This document shows, in pieces, positions 27,534 through 37,683 of a DNA stretch of 64,000 nucleotides; the first letter of the stretch is position 1, and every line of letters starts with the position of its first letter. The position numbers and the translations under genes are program-made. Location of the stretch: positions 770,394 through 834,393 of the forward strand of contig NW_003314341.1 of NCBI RefSeq assembly GCF_000143415.4. The letters are read 5' to 3'. The notes beneath the pieces were generated by a model. It saw only the letters and a list, made by a program, of their open reading frames with translations. It was not told where the DNA came from and searched no databases. This DNA is from Selaginella moellendorffii. Its lineage: Eukaryota > Plantae > Lycopodiophyta.

Positions 27534-28469
27534 ATGGCTGGGAAGCATGATGGGGCTGGAGGCAGTGGAAAGCTTGAAGACGGCACAGGCTTGTATGAGG
27601 TATAAAATATCTATTCTTCCAGTTTTGCATTCTTCCAATCATTCCATTTTTGCTTATGGTCGCTGTAGATTCTTGGAGTCTCAAGGACAGCATTAAGTGA
27701 CGAGATACGAAAGGCTTACCTCAATCGATCACTGGAGTTGCATCCAGACAAGAATCCAGGAAATAAGGTTTCTTGTAGCAAATGATCTCTTGTTTATCTC
27801 TTTTTATTTCCCAGGATGCCATGGGAAACTTCCAAAGGCTCCATAATGCCTTCAAGATCTTGAGTGATCCCAATAAGAGGGCTATTTATGACCAAATGGG
27901 CATTGTAAGTTCTTTGTTTATTATTTCTCTTATGGTTTCTTCATCTTGCCAGGAAATGGGAGATTCTTACCCATCAGTGTATGAGCTCTCCAGAAGAAGC
28001 AATCAAGTATGAAACTACTAATAAACTCTACACTTCCTGATAAATTAATAATTTTTTTTATAATAGCGAGTGACATTGGATGATATCGAAAGTTTCCATG
28101 ACGATTATAGAGGTTCAGAGGCTGAGACGAAAGACCTCAAAGACTTGTATACAAAGCATGACGGTGATATGGACGAGTAAGCAAAGAATTTCTTACTGCA
28201 TACTCAAAATCAAAATTGTTCCATGCCAGGGTATTTGCACATCTTATGTGTTCGAAGCCGAGCGAGGACTCTGATCGTTTTATGGGAGTGATTGACGAGG
28301 CAATTTCTTCAGGTATGTAGTTTCATGCTTTATTTCAGAGTTTATTTTCTTGTTTCATTTAGGCGAGCTAATGGAGACACCTGAATATCGAATGTGGAAA
28401 CATCTCGTCTCTGAAGAAATTCCGGAAGAATGCTCATCTCAAACTTATGAAGTGGAGTCACATCTCTAG
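27534..28469 (+). CDS. DnaJ/Hsp40 protein (DNAJC9/ATJ6-like, short C-terminus)
   Basis: GLYE|[53 protein letters not shown], then [30 protein letters not shown]. Confidence 0.8.
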
Positions 28470-28544
28470 GTTTTATATTTATTTTGCGTACTCAGGTTGT
28501 GATACTTCGTTATGGTTGTGATCTTTAGCTTGCCACTGATCAAT

Positions 28545-28710
28545 AGATTCGTGACGACCAGGAAACTTTGGAGCAGCAGGGTGCTGCAAATCTTAGTGGT
28601 GACTGCAGAAGTGTGCGTTAATCTCGGTCCCACACTGCAGCAAAGCGTCGGCTGTGGATATAGAACACTTGGTTATGGGGACATGCGACCGTTCAAAAGA
28701 CAAAATCCTT
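28545..28710 (+). pseudogene. Degenerate duplicate of the ATP23 3' end
   Basis: AGATTCGTG..GGAAACTTTGG..CAGCAGG..GTGTGCGTTA..CCCACACTGCAGCAAAGCG..GTGGAT..AACACTTG..CGACCGTTC matches 26735-27010 with repeated deletions. Confidence 0.75.
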
Positions 28711-28718
28711 GTGCCACC

Positions 28719-30286
28719 TCAGGCCGATGCTACCTGCAAGTTTGAAAAGCCTTCCACCACCAAAGCAACTTCCTCATCCGGTCTAGAGATTGTCCCTGCC
28801 AGCTCTTCTTTGTGTCCTCCCGGTTCTTGGCTAACCTCCTCCTCGAGGCTGGCGATCTCTTGTAGCAGATCCTCATCTTCAACAGCGTCGATGCTCGCCG
28901 AGCCACCTGCGACACGGCACATCGGTAAAACTAGCCACCACAAACGTAAAACTACATCACCTAGAGCGTCTCCGACTAGTTTCGTCAGCACCATTGCTTC
29001 GTCCATCTCCTTGAGTTGCTCGTGCACTTCTTCCAGAGTAACGTGGTGTTCTCTCATGGCGCGGTTCCCTAGCTGGATGGCTTCCGAGACCTGAGCACAC
29101 CCTCCTGTAAGATTTTGCACCAAAAATTGGGAACAAACACCTTTTTAGTCGCTTCTGCATCAGAGATGGCGTCCAGTATCTCCTGGATCCTGGCCATGAG
29201 GTCCGCACACTTGTCCCGGCTGCTTGCCAAGACCTTCATGGATCTCAAGTGTCTCAAGGCAACACGCTTGTCTTTAGCCCCGACCGCAGCCTCGCGAAGC
29301 CTGCATAGACAAGTCACGCATGGAGATCGAGCAGCTCACGGAACTCACTGTGAAACTCGCTGGTCAAGAGCATCCAACCTCTGCTTCATCTTCTCGCTGG
29401 TCCAGTGGAGCTGCAACATGTGGTAATCCACTTGGTTCAAGGCAGACACACAAGACTGCACCAGTGATATCTTGAGCCCCTGCTTGCGCGCTCTTTAGAC
29501 GACGACAGACTTGCCCGTGTTACCTCAATCAGCTCATCCCTTTCGTCGATGCAAACGTGTCGAGCCAGCTTCTTGTCAAGCAGGTAGTGCATTGCAGCTT
29601 TGGCGTCGTCGGTGTCGCCAAACAGCCCCACAAACGACTTCATGGTCACAATGCAGTCCGATTTCCAGCTTGTGTCAGCTAGAGTTTTGCAGACGTGCGC
29701 CACCCTTTCCTGCCAAGGTGCTTGATCAGAAAGACACAAGGAGAAGTCTAGCATTACCTTGAGAAGAACGGTGACGACTAGTCTGCCACCCACGGCAGTG
29801 TCGATGGTGTCCTTGGCCGTTTGGAAACCCAGCGCCCATGCCAGAGCCCGTCCCAGGCTTGAAGTTTGCTGCTGCCGCTCCTGCTGTTCCAATGCCTGGA
29901 GTTCTCCAGACCGCAGCATTTCACGCTGTTCCATCCCAGGATATGAATCCAAAAGAGAAACAGTTTAAGAATACTGACTAGGACATCGTTCAGGCACAAG
30001 GGCAGTAGTCCACCGCGTAGAAACCATCGCAGTTGCACCTGTGCCACAGCGTGCTTTAGGCTATAGCTAGAAATGAGAATCCCATACTCACTTCCCGGCC
30101 GTCAATGACAATGAGGCCCAGGTGACGAGCCAGCTTGACGATGAGCGCTCGCCAGAAGTCGAGCCGTCCCTGCCAATCCTCGCGCTGCCCGGAGAAGGCC
30201 TTGAACAGCGCATCCACCTTGACGTCGTCCTCCGCCCAGCCGGGCACCTCGCGCTCCACCAGCGCCCTCACCTCCACCTCGCTCAT
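28719..30286 (-). CDS. CHMP7: ESCRT-III associated CHMP7 (Snf7 domain)
   Basis: W..DD..ALFKAFSGQREDWQGRLDFWRALI, WFLRGGLLPLCLNDVL, and a Snf7 part KRVALRHLR..ISDAEATKKVSEAIQLG..EDEDLLQEIASLE. Confidence 0.88.
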
Positions 30287-30340
30287 ATCATAACTTGTGC
30301 TCCTCGCTAGGGCAAAGCTCTCTCTCTCTCTCGCTCTCTC

Positions 30341-32140
30341 ATGGCTGCAGTGGTGGTCACGTTTGCGCCGTGGCGGGCGAGGAGGGTGGTGGCGCAGCCG
30401 AGGAGACACCAGTGTTGCCGAGCCCAGGAGGAGCAACAACAAGGTGGGCAAGGACAAGGCAGCGATGGAGACGAGAAGCAGCAGTCTTCTGTGAAAATGG
30501 AGGTGTCTAGCTCGGTGATGCGGATGTTCCAAGGAAGAGACGATGGGGCTGCTGGTGGCGGGCTGATTGAAGCCAACGAGCGCAAGCGGAAGAAGAAGAA
30601 CAAGGAGATGGAGCAGTCGTATGAGATGATGGGCTTTGTGAGGGAGGAGCTGTTTGGCAAGACCGATATCTACATTCCAAGGCACGACAATCTCTTCCCT
30701 CTCCTGGTAGCAACTTTCGCAACCGTGTACGCTGACGACGACGAAGACGATGGCAACGACGATCGCTTCTCAATCTCGAGCAGCAGCAGCAGCAGCAGCA
30801 GCAGCAGTGGCTTGTCACGGTTGAAGGCGGTGGTGGACAGGGACGTGGCGCGATTCAAGGCCAGATCACTGCTAGCGTCGGGTTTGTTCTGCGACTTGAA
30901 TGGGGAGCCTCTCAACAGCGTCTCTCACACCGACATGAGGTTCGAGAGGTGGTTTGTGCTGTCCATGTACGTCAAGTTCAAGCTCTGGTGGAAAGGTCCA
31001 TCCGCGGCGGCGGAGCTCGCCCTCGACTACGCCTACAGGATGTCCAACTTCATCCTGGACGCTGACGGAGAGCTCGGCCGCGTCCTGGACACTGTGTCCG
31101 CGGGCTTGCCATCGCGGCGCCTCGCAGTCCGCTATGGAAGGCTCTGCCTGCTATCCTCACCCACCAGCATCAACGCCGCCACCCTCCAGAGCCAGCTCCA
31201 GAGCGAGCTGGACAAGAGAAACCGCGGCTGGGCTGCCTTTGTCCTCAACGCTGGCGCTGCGGGTGCTGGTGGTGGCGATCAAGTCGCATGCTTGCTCACA
31301 CACTGCACGTCCCTCATCTTCCTCCACCTCCCGGAGCGCCAGGCCGCCGCGATCTCCTACTTCATGCTAGCCTGGGCCGCCGCTAGCAGTGCCAACTTGT
31401 CAATGCCGTCACCCTCGCTGTGGCAGTGCGTGCCTCCTCTCGGCCTGCTAGCCGTCGTTGCCGGCGGTACGCTGCTGCGGAGGGCCGTGGCGTCGCTCTA
31501 CGGCGTCCTGTGGGCCGTGACGCCGCTCTTCGTGCTCCCGGTTCCTCAGCTCGGTGCCATCCCAACCTTTGTCTACTATCGTGGATGCCTGCCAAACCGG
31601 CGCTGCCTCTTCGACTTGTCCGCCGCCACATCCCTGCTGCAGCTCGCTCTCTCGGCCCTGCTCGTCGCTGCGGGCGCCTCCGCTGCCATGCCCGTCGTCG
31701 AGGTCTCGTCTCGGGCCTTTGCTCACTCGGGCCTGCTCACTTGGATGCTCAAGGAGCTCTCGTCGTCGGTTTGGCCGTGGGAAGGTGACGGAGACCCCGT
31801 GGTGAGCCTGAGTCCCTTGGCGCTCGGTGGCTTGCTGGGATTCAACTTCACGCTCGTCAGCTTGCTCCCTTGTGGCGTCTCCGAGGGTGGCCGCATGCTC
31901 ACCGCGTGCCTGGGAAGGCGCGCGTTTGGCTACGTCTCCGGCTTGACATTTGTTCTGGGTAGTGTGTCGCTCCTGGCCAGCGGCAACACCTGGCTTGGCC
32001 TCTTGTGGGCTTTGTCGTGTGCCAGCATGCCCGAAGACAGCTTTCAGAGGGACGAGGTGTCTGATCCAGGCTTGGCGAGGAAAGCCATGGCACTTCTTCT
32101 CACTCTTGCTGCTCTTGCTTCGCTTGCTCCACACTGGTAG
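30341..32140 (+). CDS. EGY3-like M50-family membrane protein lacking HExxH (probably plastid-targeted), intronless
   Basis: 599-aa ORF with a transit-like N-terminus and LPNRRCLFDL, PLALGGLLG..LLPCGVSEGGR, DEVSDPG motifs, as in EGY3. Multiple TM segments. Confidence 0.75.
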   Translation: MAAVVVTFAPWRARRVVAQPRRHQCCRAQEEQQQGGQGQGSDGDEKQQSSVKMEVSSSVMRMFQGRDDGAAGGGLIEANERKRKKKNKEMEQSYEMMGFVREELFGKTDIYIPRHDNLFPLLVATFATVYADDDEDDGNDDRFSISSSSSSSSSSSGLSRLKAVVDRDVARFKARSLLASGLFCDLNGEPLNSVSHTDMRFERWFVLSMYVKFKLWWKGPSAAAELALDYAYRMSNFILDADGELGRVLDTVSAGLPSRRLAVRYGRLCLLSSPTSINAATLQSQLQSELDKRNRGWAAFVLNAGAAGAGGGDQVACLLTHCTSLIFLHLPERQAAAISYFMLAWAAASSANLSMPSPSLWQCVPPLGLLAVVAGGTLLRRAVASLYGVLWAVTPLFVLPVPQLGAIPTFVYYRGCLPNRRCLFDLSAATSLLQLALSALLVAAGASAAMPVVEVSSRAFAHSGLLTWMLKELSSSVWPWEGDGDPVVSLSPLALGGLLGFNFTLVSLLPCGVSEGGRMLTACLGRRAFGYVSGLTFVLGSVSLLASGNTWLGLLWALSCASMPEDSFQRDEVSDPGLARKAMALLLTLAALASLAPHW

Positions 32141-32244
32141 AGGGAGAGAGCAACTGGAAGACAGACTTGGTATTCATTCATATAAAAAAACGCGGACAAC
32201 AACAATCGTTCACCAGATTTTTACAAGGCCCGTAGTGAAGACTT

Positions 32245-34265
32245 TCACTCGTCCGCAGCACTGGCGGCACTCAAGTCCACACTCAAGTCCAGGACCTGCG
32301 GAATTTAGATGTGAGATGTTGGCGCCAGAATTATTACAAACCATACCTTTCCGGTTATGCGGGTGTACATGGCAAGAACATCTTGCACTGTAGTCTCAAA
32401 GTGTGTGGTTGGGTCGTAGCTCTGAAAAAAGCCAACGATGGATGATTAGCAACATCCTTTTTCTGGAGAGAAATGGAGCATCACCTTGGAAATAAAGCAG
32501 TTATCCAGTGTCCAGTCATTCACTGGTTCAAACCTGTCGTAAACGTCAATGAACATCTCATCCACAGGCCCAAGAAGACTGAGCCCTGGCTGGAGCTCCT
32601 TTTCGGGCTCTGACGTCTCCACCTCGGTCGACACGAAGGCGATAAACTTGCCCTTTGGAGCAACATTATGCGAATAAGAGCAGCAAAACACGTACCTAGC
32701 AGAAACAATCACTATATCAGGCCACAACATCGCAAAGCTACTACACACTTACATATCAGACCTACGTCCCAGTTGCTTTTGGGGAAGGATAACTTGAACT
32801 GACGAGGAATCGTTCGTGTTTGGGATTGGATGGCTCATGATGCATATGGCCCGGACAACTTTCCCGACCTTCCGAACCTGTCAAGCAAACTTTGTCAGGG
32901 AGAGTGCTGGCACAAACGAATACAAATTCCTCTCTACCTTGTTTCGTGCATAGCTAGGATCGCAGACAACTTTCTTGGTCCTGGCAGTTTCACCTTCGGA
33001 GGTGACGCCTCTAACCTTGCCTTCCTCGTCAAACTCTATCTGCAAAAACAGCACGCGCGATGTAAAAGATACGCAAACGCATGCGACGCGTACCGTGCAG
33101 TCTGGCTTCTGAAGCATGTACGTCCCGCCGTATACGGCACTCAGGCGTGCAAATGCCTGCAGCAGAGTTTACTATCCAAGGACACAGGGAGGAAAAGCCA
33201 ACCTGAGGAAGTTCTCCCAAGCCATAGAGCGGATAAATATAAGGGGAACCGCCTTGAAAGCGAGCCAGAGATTCTGCATACAACTTCGGAAGAAAGCATT
33301 AAGATGACAACCGCAGGAAGAAAAGACATAGTTTGTAGCAGTACCTTAAATCTCTTCACCGTTTCCAGAGCCGGCTCAGATAAGTATCTATCGTCCCGGT
33401 GCAATGCCAGTGAGTGGCCAATAAAATCGATGGTGTTATCGTCAAGTCCAAAGTGCCTACGAAGAATAACAGCATGGTGAATAGACGCACAAAAAAAGTA
33501 ATGAACAAGCCTACGCGAACAACTCCTTGGTCGTTACTCTACTGAGATCCATGCCGTCTTGAGTCCTTGGATCCGCTTCGTTATAGTCCTGCACATAGAT
33601 GAAAAATTTCCGCGCTCTCCTCTTTTCAAAAATGCCCATAAGCGTAGACTTGATAGCCTCTACATCGGTTGCAGGAACTTTGTAGATCTGGAAAAAAGAA
33701 AATGGCCCAAAGGTTTGAATTGAAACTCGACATTTTTGTTTTCGATTACCTTCCCTTTGGTATACACAAAGCTTCCATCTACGGCTTTGAAAGCCAAGTA
33801 CTTGGTCACATCGGTGTGAATGAGAACTCGGACGAGCTGCCCGTTAGCCATCATGAACTGCAAAAAAAAAAAGAAAGAATGCGGGGAGTGAGAGAAATCT
33901 TTAGCGAGTCAAGTGGATCCAAACCTTTGGGATCATATCAACGTTGTAGTCCCTGCTCGGACCGAGCGACGGTGGAGGCTTGTCACTGTTGCGGAATTTT
34001 TGGTAAAGCTGCAAGAGAGCACGATCAACGATCAGAGAGAGAGAGACAGACGCCCTAATGTGACGCACAGACCTGGACAAGATTGAGAGACGCCGATTCT
34101 CCCCCGTAGTAGTCGTTCCTGTCCATGTGTAGCACCTGCGAGAGAGATGTCTTCCAACTCCGATCGAGAAAAACCCACCTTGAGACGATCCACCGACAGC
34201 AGCCCGCTGAGGATGCACTCCTTGAGACCCGTCCCCAGCACAATGACGTCGTACTCCTCATCCAT
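32245..34265 (-). CDS. GDI: Rab GDP dissociation inhibitor
   Basis: [107 protein letters not shown]. Confidence 0.96.
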
Positions 34266-34384
34266 GGCGCACCAAAACACTCGCGCTAGAGGAGCCGGCC
34301 TCGCAGATCTAAGGCGCACGAAGCTCGCTGTAGGGTTTACTACTAAACGACTCAAAGCATATTCCACCGGGGCGACTGGTATCT

Positions 34385-36853
34385 TTAGGCCGCCGCCAGT
34401 ACGTAAGGCGCGTTATGCATTGGATCGAGTTCCAGAGCCGCGGATCTTGCAATGCGGGCCTCGGCCTGCTGCGCGTTTCGGTTTGCTGCGAGCAAGCAAA
34501 TCCAATCTCGAGCTTCCGGCTCAAAGGGCATGTTGGCGATGAGATCTTGGCCCTGCTCCAAGTGGCCGGCCCTGCCCAGGAGATCCACAAGACAGCCATA
34601 GTGCTGCTTGGCGGGCTTCAAGCCGTGATCCATGAGCATGGAACGGATGTACGATAGTCCGGTTGTGAACTGGCCGCCGTGGCTGCAGCCCAAGAGCATG
34701 GAGGTGAGCACGGCGTCGTCGGGTTTGAGACCCTCGAGAACCATCTCCCGAAAGAGAGCGTCTGCCTCTCTGGAGCGACCGTTGTGTGTGTAGGACGCGA
34801 GGATGGCGCTCCAGGGTGACGACCGTCGGTCCGGCATCCTATCAAACAGGGTGTGCGCGAGCTTCAAACGGGCAGCCTTGCCGAGGCCGATGGTCATGGC
34901 GTTCCACGTCATGAAGTCCCGCTCCGGCATCGCATTGAGCACGAGCATCGACTGCTCCAGCTCGCCAGTCTTTGTATGTGCAACCAGCATCGCGTTCCAC
35001 GACACAAGATTCCACTTGGGCATGGAGTGGAAGATCCCCGTGGCTTCGTCGAGATGCCCATTCTGAGCATACGTCGACAAGAAGGCAGTCCAAGTCACCA
35101 CCGTCTGGAACGGCATCGCATCAAACACGGCACTCACGCAACCAAATTGCCCCGCACGCCCGTACGCCGCCATCATCTCCACGTAGGAATCCACACTGCG
35201 ATCCGGCATCGCATCAAACACCTGCCGCGCATGCAGCAGATGCCCGTTCTGGGCAAGTACGGCGAGGATTATGTTCCACGAATTGAGGTTGTGGTGAGGC
35301 ATTCTCCGGAAAAAGCCGACGGCCTCGCTGCAGGTTCCATGCTGTGCATAGCCCGCAAGCAGTGCGTTCCACGACACAATGTCGCGCTCCTCCATGCAAT
35401 CAAACACGCGCTGTGCCTCCGGCAGGCAGCCATTACGAGCATAGGCCGAGACCAGGGCGTTGAGCGACGCAAGGCTTCGCTCGGGCATGGAGTCAAACAC
35501 GCGCCTCGCCTCGTCCAGTTGCCCGTTCTGGGCATATGCAGCGAGCATGGCATTACAGGCAACCACGTTCCGGAGAGGCATCCCATCGTACAAACACCGG
35601 GCCTCTTCGACATCCCCGTGGTCCGCGTACGCCGTCAGCATGGCCGTCCACGATACAACGTCGCGCTCAGCCATGCGCCCAAACAGCGCCCGCGCCTCGA
35701 AAATATGCCCGGTCTTGGCATATGCTGTCAGCATGACGTTCCAAGAAACGAGGCTCCTTTGCGGCATGACGCTCACGATGGCCTGCGCAGACTCCACGTC
35801 CAGAACTCCCGCGTAAGCTGACAGGAGTGAGTTCCACGACACCAGGTTCCTCTCGGGCATCAAATGAAACAGGCTGGACGCTTGATCTAAATGCCCACTT
35901 CGGGCACTTGCCGCAAGCATTGAGTTCCACGAGACAAGGTCCCTAAAGGGCATGAAGCGATCAAAAACCTCTCGGGCCCTGTCAACATGCCCGCTTCTGG
36001 CGCAGCTGAGGATTGCATTCCAGGTGACCATGTTCTTGGCGGGCATCGCAGCGAGCACCCTGTCCACTTCGTCCCAGTCGCCATGCCTCACCAGCAGCAC
36101 AAGCATTGCATTGCAAGCCACCGTGTTGTGCTCTGGCATCTCCTGGACGAAGATCGCCTTGGCGCCCTCCAGGCCCAGAGACGGGCAGCACAGCAGTGTC
36201 GTCCACGACACAATGTCGCGGGCAGGCATCCGGTTGACGAAGCTGCGGGCTTGCTCCAGATGCCTGGTATTTGCAACTGCGTACAGCATCGTGTTCCACA
36301 CAGCAAGATCATGCTCGGGCATCTTGCAGAAGACTTCCTGTGCTTGCTCGAAGCGGCCGGAGCGGGTGTAGGCGGCAAGGAGGTCTGCCCATGCAAAGAT
36401 GTCACGGTCTGGCATGGAATCAAAGACGCTCTTGGCCTTGTCAACATCCCCAAGCTTGGTATACACTGCCTGGAGTGATTTCCACGAGAAGGCATCTGGA
36501 TGTGGGATCTGAGCAAACACCCGATGCGCTTCCTCGGCACTCCCACAGCGCCCAAACATCTGGACGAGAAGGTTGCACACGTAGGAATCGGCCGAGAGCT
36601 CCGTGGTGGCTGCTGCCAGCTTGAGGAGCTCCCGCGCCTCCGGGAGGACATTGCAGGCTTGGACGAGGCGAATGCAGTCTTGCCTGGTGCTTGCCCTAAC
36701 ACACTCTCGTTTAGGGCGGCGGCAGCTGATGGGCGATGTCCTGGACGATGGATTTCTTTCTTGGATGCCGGAGTCTCCGGCTGCTGCTGATGCTGGTAAG
36801 AGGGAGTTTTGCGAGCGCTGCCTCAAGGCGGCGGTGCTGTGCGTGTGTGGCAT
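34385..36853 (-). CDS. PLS-class pentatricopeptide repeat protein with truncated E domain, intronless
   Basis: About 20 tandem short repeats of the type VSWNAML.AYA..G.L.EA..VFD.MP, then [21 protein letters not shown]. Ends at APYVLAAA* with no DYW. Start uncertain (in-frame ATGs at 36853, 36868, 36964). Confidence 0.9.
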   Translation of the reverse strand: MPHTHSTAALRQRSQNSLLPASAAAGDSGIQERNPSSRTSPISCRRPKRECVRASTRQDCIRLVQACNVLPEARELLKLAAATTELSADSYVCNLLVQMFGRCGSAEEAHRVFAQIPHPDAFSWKSLQAVYTKLGDVDKAKSVFDSMPDRDIFAWADLLAAYTRSGRFEQAQEVFCKMPEHDLAVWNTMLYAVANTRHLEQARSFVNRMPARDIVSWTTLLCCPSLGLEGAKAIFVQEMPEHNTVACNAMLVLLVRHGDWDEVDRVLAAMPAKNMVTWNAILSCARSGHVDRAREVFDRFMPFRDLVSWNSMLAASARSGHLDQASSLFHLMPERNLVSWNSLLSAYAGVLDVESAQAIVSVMPQRSLVSWNVMLTAYAKTGHIFEARALFGRMAERDVVSWTAMLTAYADHGDVEEARCLYDGMPLRNVVACNAMLAAYAQNGQLDEARRVFDSMPERSLASLNALVSAYARNGCLPEAQRVFDCMEERDIVSWNALLAGYAQHGTCSEAVGFFRRMPHHNLNSWNIILAVLAQNGHLLHARQVFDAMPDRSVDSYVEMMAAYGRAGQFGCVSAVFDAMPFQTVVTWTAFLSTYAQNGHLDEATGIFHSMPKWNLVSWNAMLVAHTKTGELEQSMLVLNAMPERDFMTWNAMTIGLGKAARLKLAHTLFDRMPDRRSSPWSAILASYTHNGRSREADALFREMVLEGLKPDDAVLTSMLLGCSHGGQFTTGLSYIRSMLMDHGLKPAKQHYGCLVDLLGRAGHLEQGQDLIANMPFEPEARDWICLLAANRNAQQAEARIARSAALELDPMHNAPYVLAAA

Positions 36854-37622
36854 GATCGGGGAGCCCATCCACAACAGGATCCGTGTCACCGTGCTCCAAA
36901 ATCCCGAGGAGAAGGAGCACCACTTGGGCTCTGTCCGGGTTGCAATGCTGGGCCTCAAGAACATTGAGGTGATCGTTGTTCCGCAGATCAACACGGGCAC
37001 TTCTTATCGGGTGCGTCCCAAGGTAGCGGGCTCCAACCGTTGCATGCGTAATGGCAGTCCCGCTGAACAGGACGAGCTTGTCGTCTGTCAGCAGCACGAC
37101 AGGACCCAACACGACTGCTGGTTCTACGGCTGTGCTACCATGGATCCATATCTCCCACGGACAGCACCCTCCTGGATCAACCTCTCGCCAAACGCAGCTC
37201 TCATCTTCCCCAGCGACAGGGCCCAGGACTTGCACGCAATGTTTCCGGGCGTTAAGTTTGGCCATCGATCGGGTGTAGATGGAGGGGAGCAAGGCAAGGA
37301 AAGTGGCGAAGCATGCCGAGCTCCCGATCAGATAATTGTCATAGATGGTACGTGGTCCAAGGCCAGGCGGCTTTACATGGAGAACCCGTGGCTGTTCCAG
37401 CTGCCGCAGTACAAGTTGCCCGCCAGTTTCAAGAGCATGTACGAGTTCGTGAGGCCCGAGCCCCGGCCTGGCTGCATGTCAACTCTCGAGGGAATCGTCT
37501 ATGCACTCAAGGTCTTTGAGCCAGAGGCAACGGCGCTGGAGTCGCTGCTAGACGTTTTTGAGGCCATGATCCAGAAGCAGCGGGAGTACATGCTAATGAA
37601 AACTCACAAACATGGGGAATAG
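36729..37622 (+). CDS. DTW-domain tRNA-uridine aminocarboxypropyltransferase (DTWD2/TapT-like)
   Basis: CERCLK...CVC zinc site, VLQNPEE, ALIFPS, IIVIDGTWSKARRLY, VRPEP..CMSTLEGI. Confidence 0.88.
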   Translation: MGDVLDDGFLSWMPESPAAADAGKREFCERCLKAAVLCVCGMIGEPIHNRIRVTVLQNPEEKEHHLGSVRVAMLGLKNIEVIVVPQINTGTSYRVRPKVAGSNRCMRNGSPAEQDELVVCQQHDRTQHDCWFYGCATMDPYLPRTAPSWINLSPNAALIFPSDRAQDLHAMFPGVKFGHRSGVDGGEQGKESGEACRAPDQIIVIDGTWSKARRLYMENPWLFQLPQYKLPASFKSMYEFVRPEPRPGCMSTLEGIVYALKVFEPEATALESLLDVFEAMIQKQREYMLMKTHKHGE

Positions 37623-37683
37623 CAAACACTCTTTGATATACAAACTCTTTACAGTGTATACACTCAATTTTGGATTTGATTGT

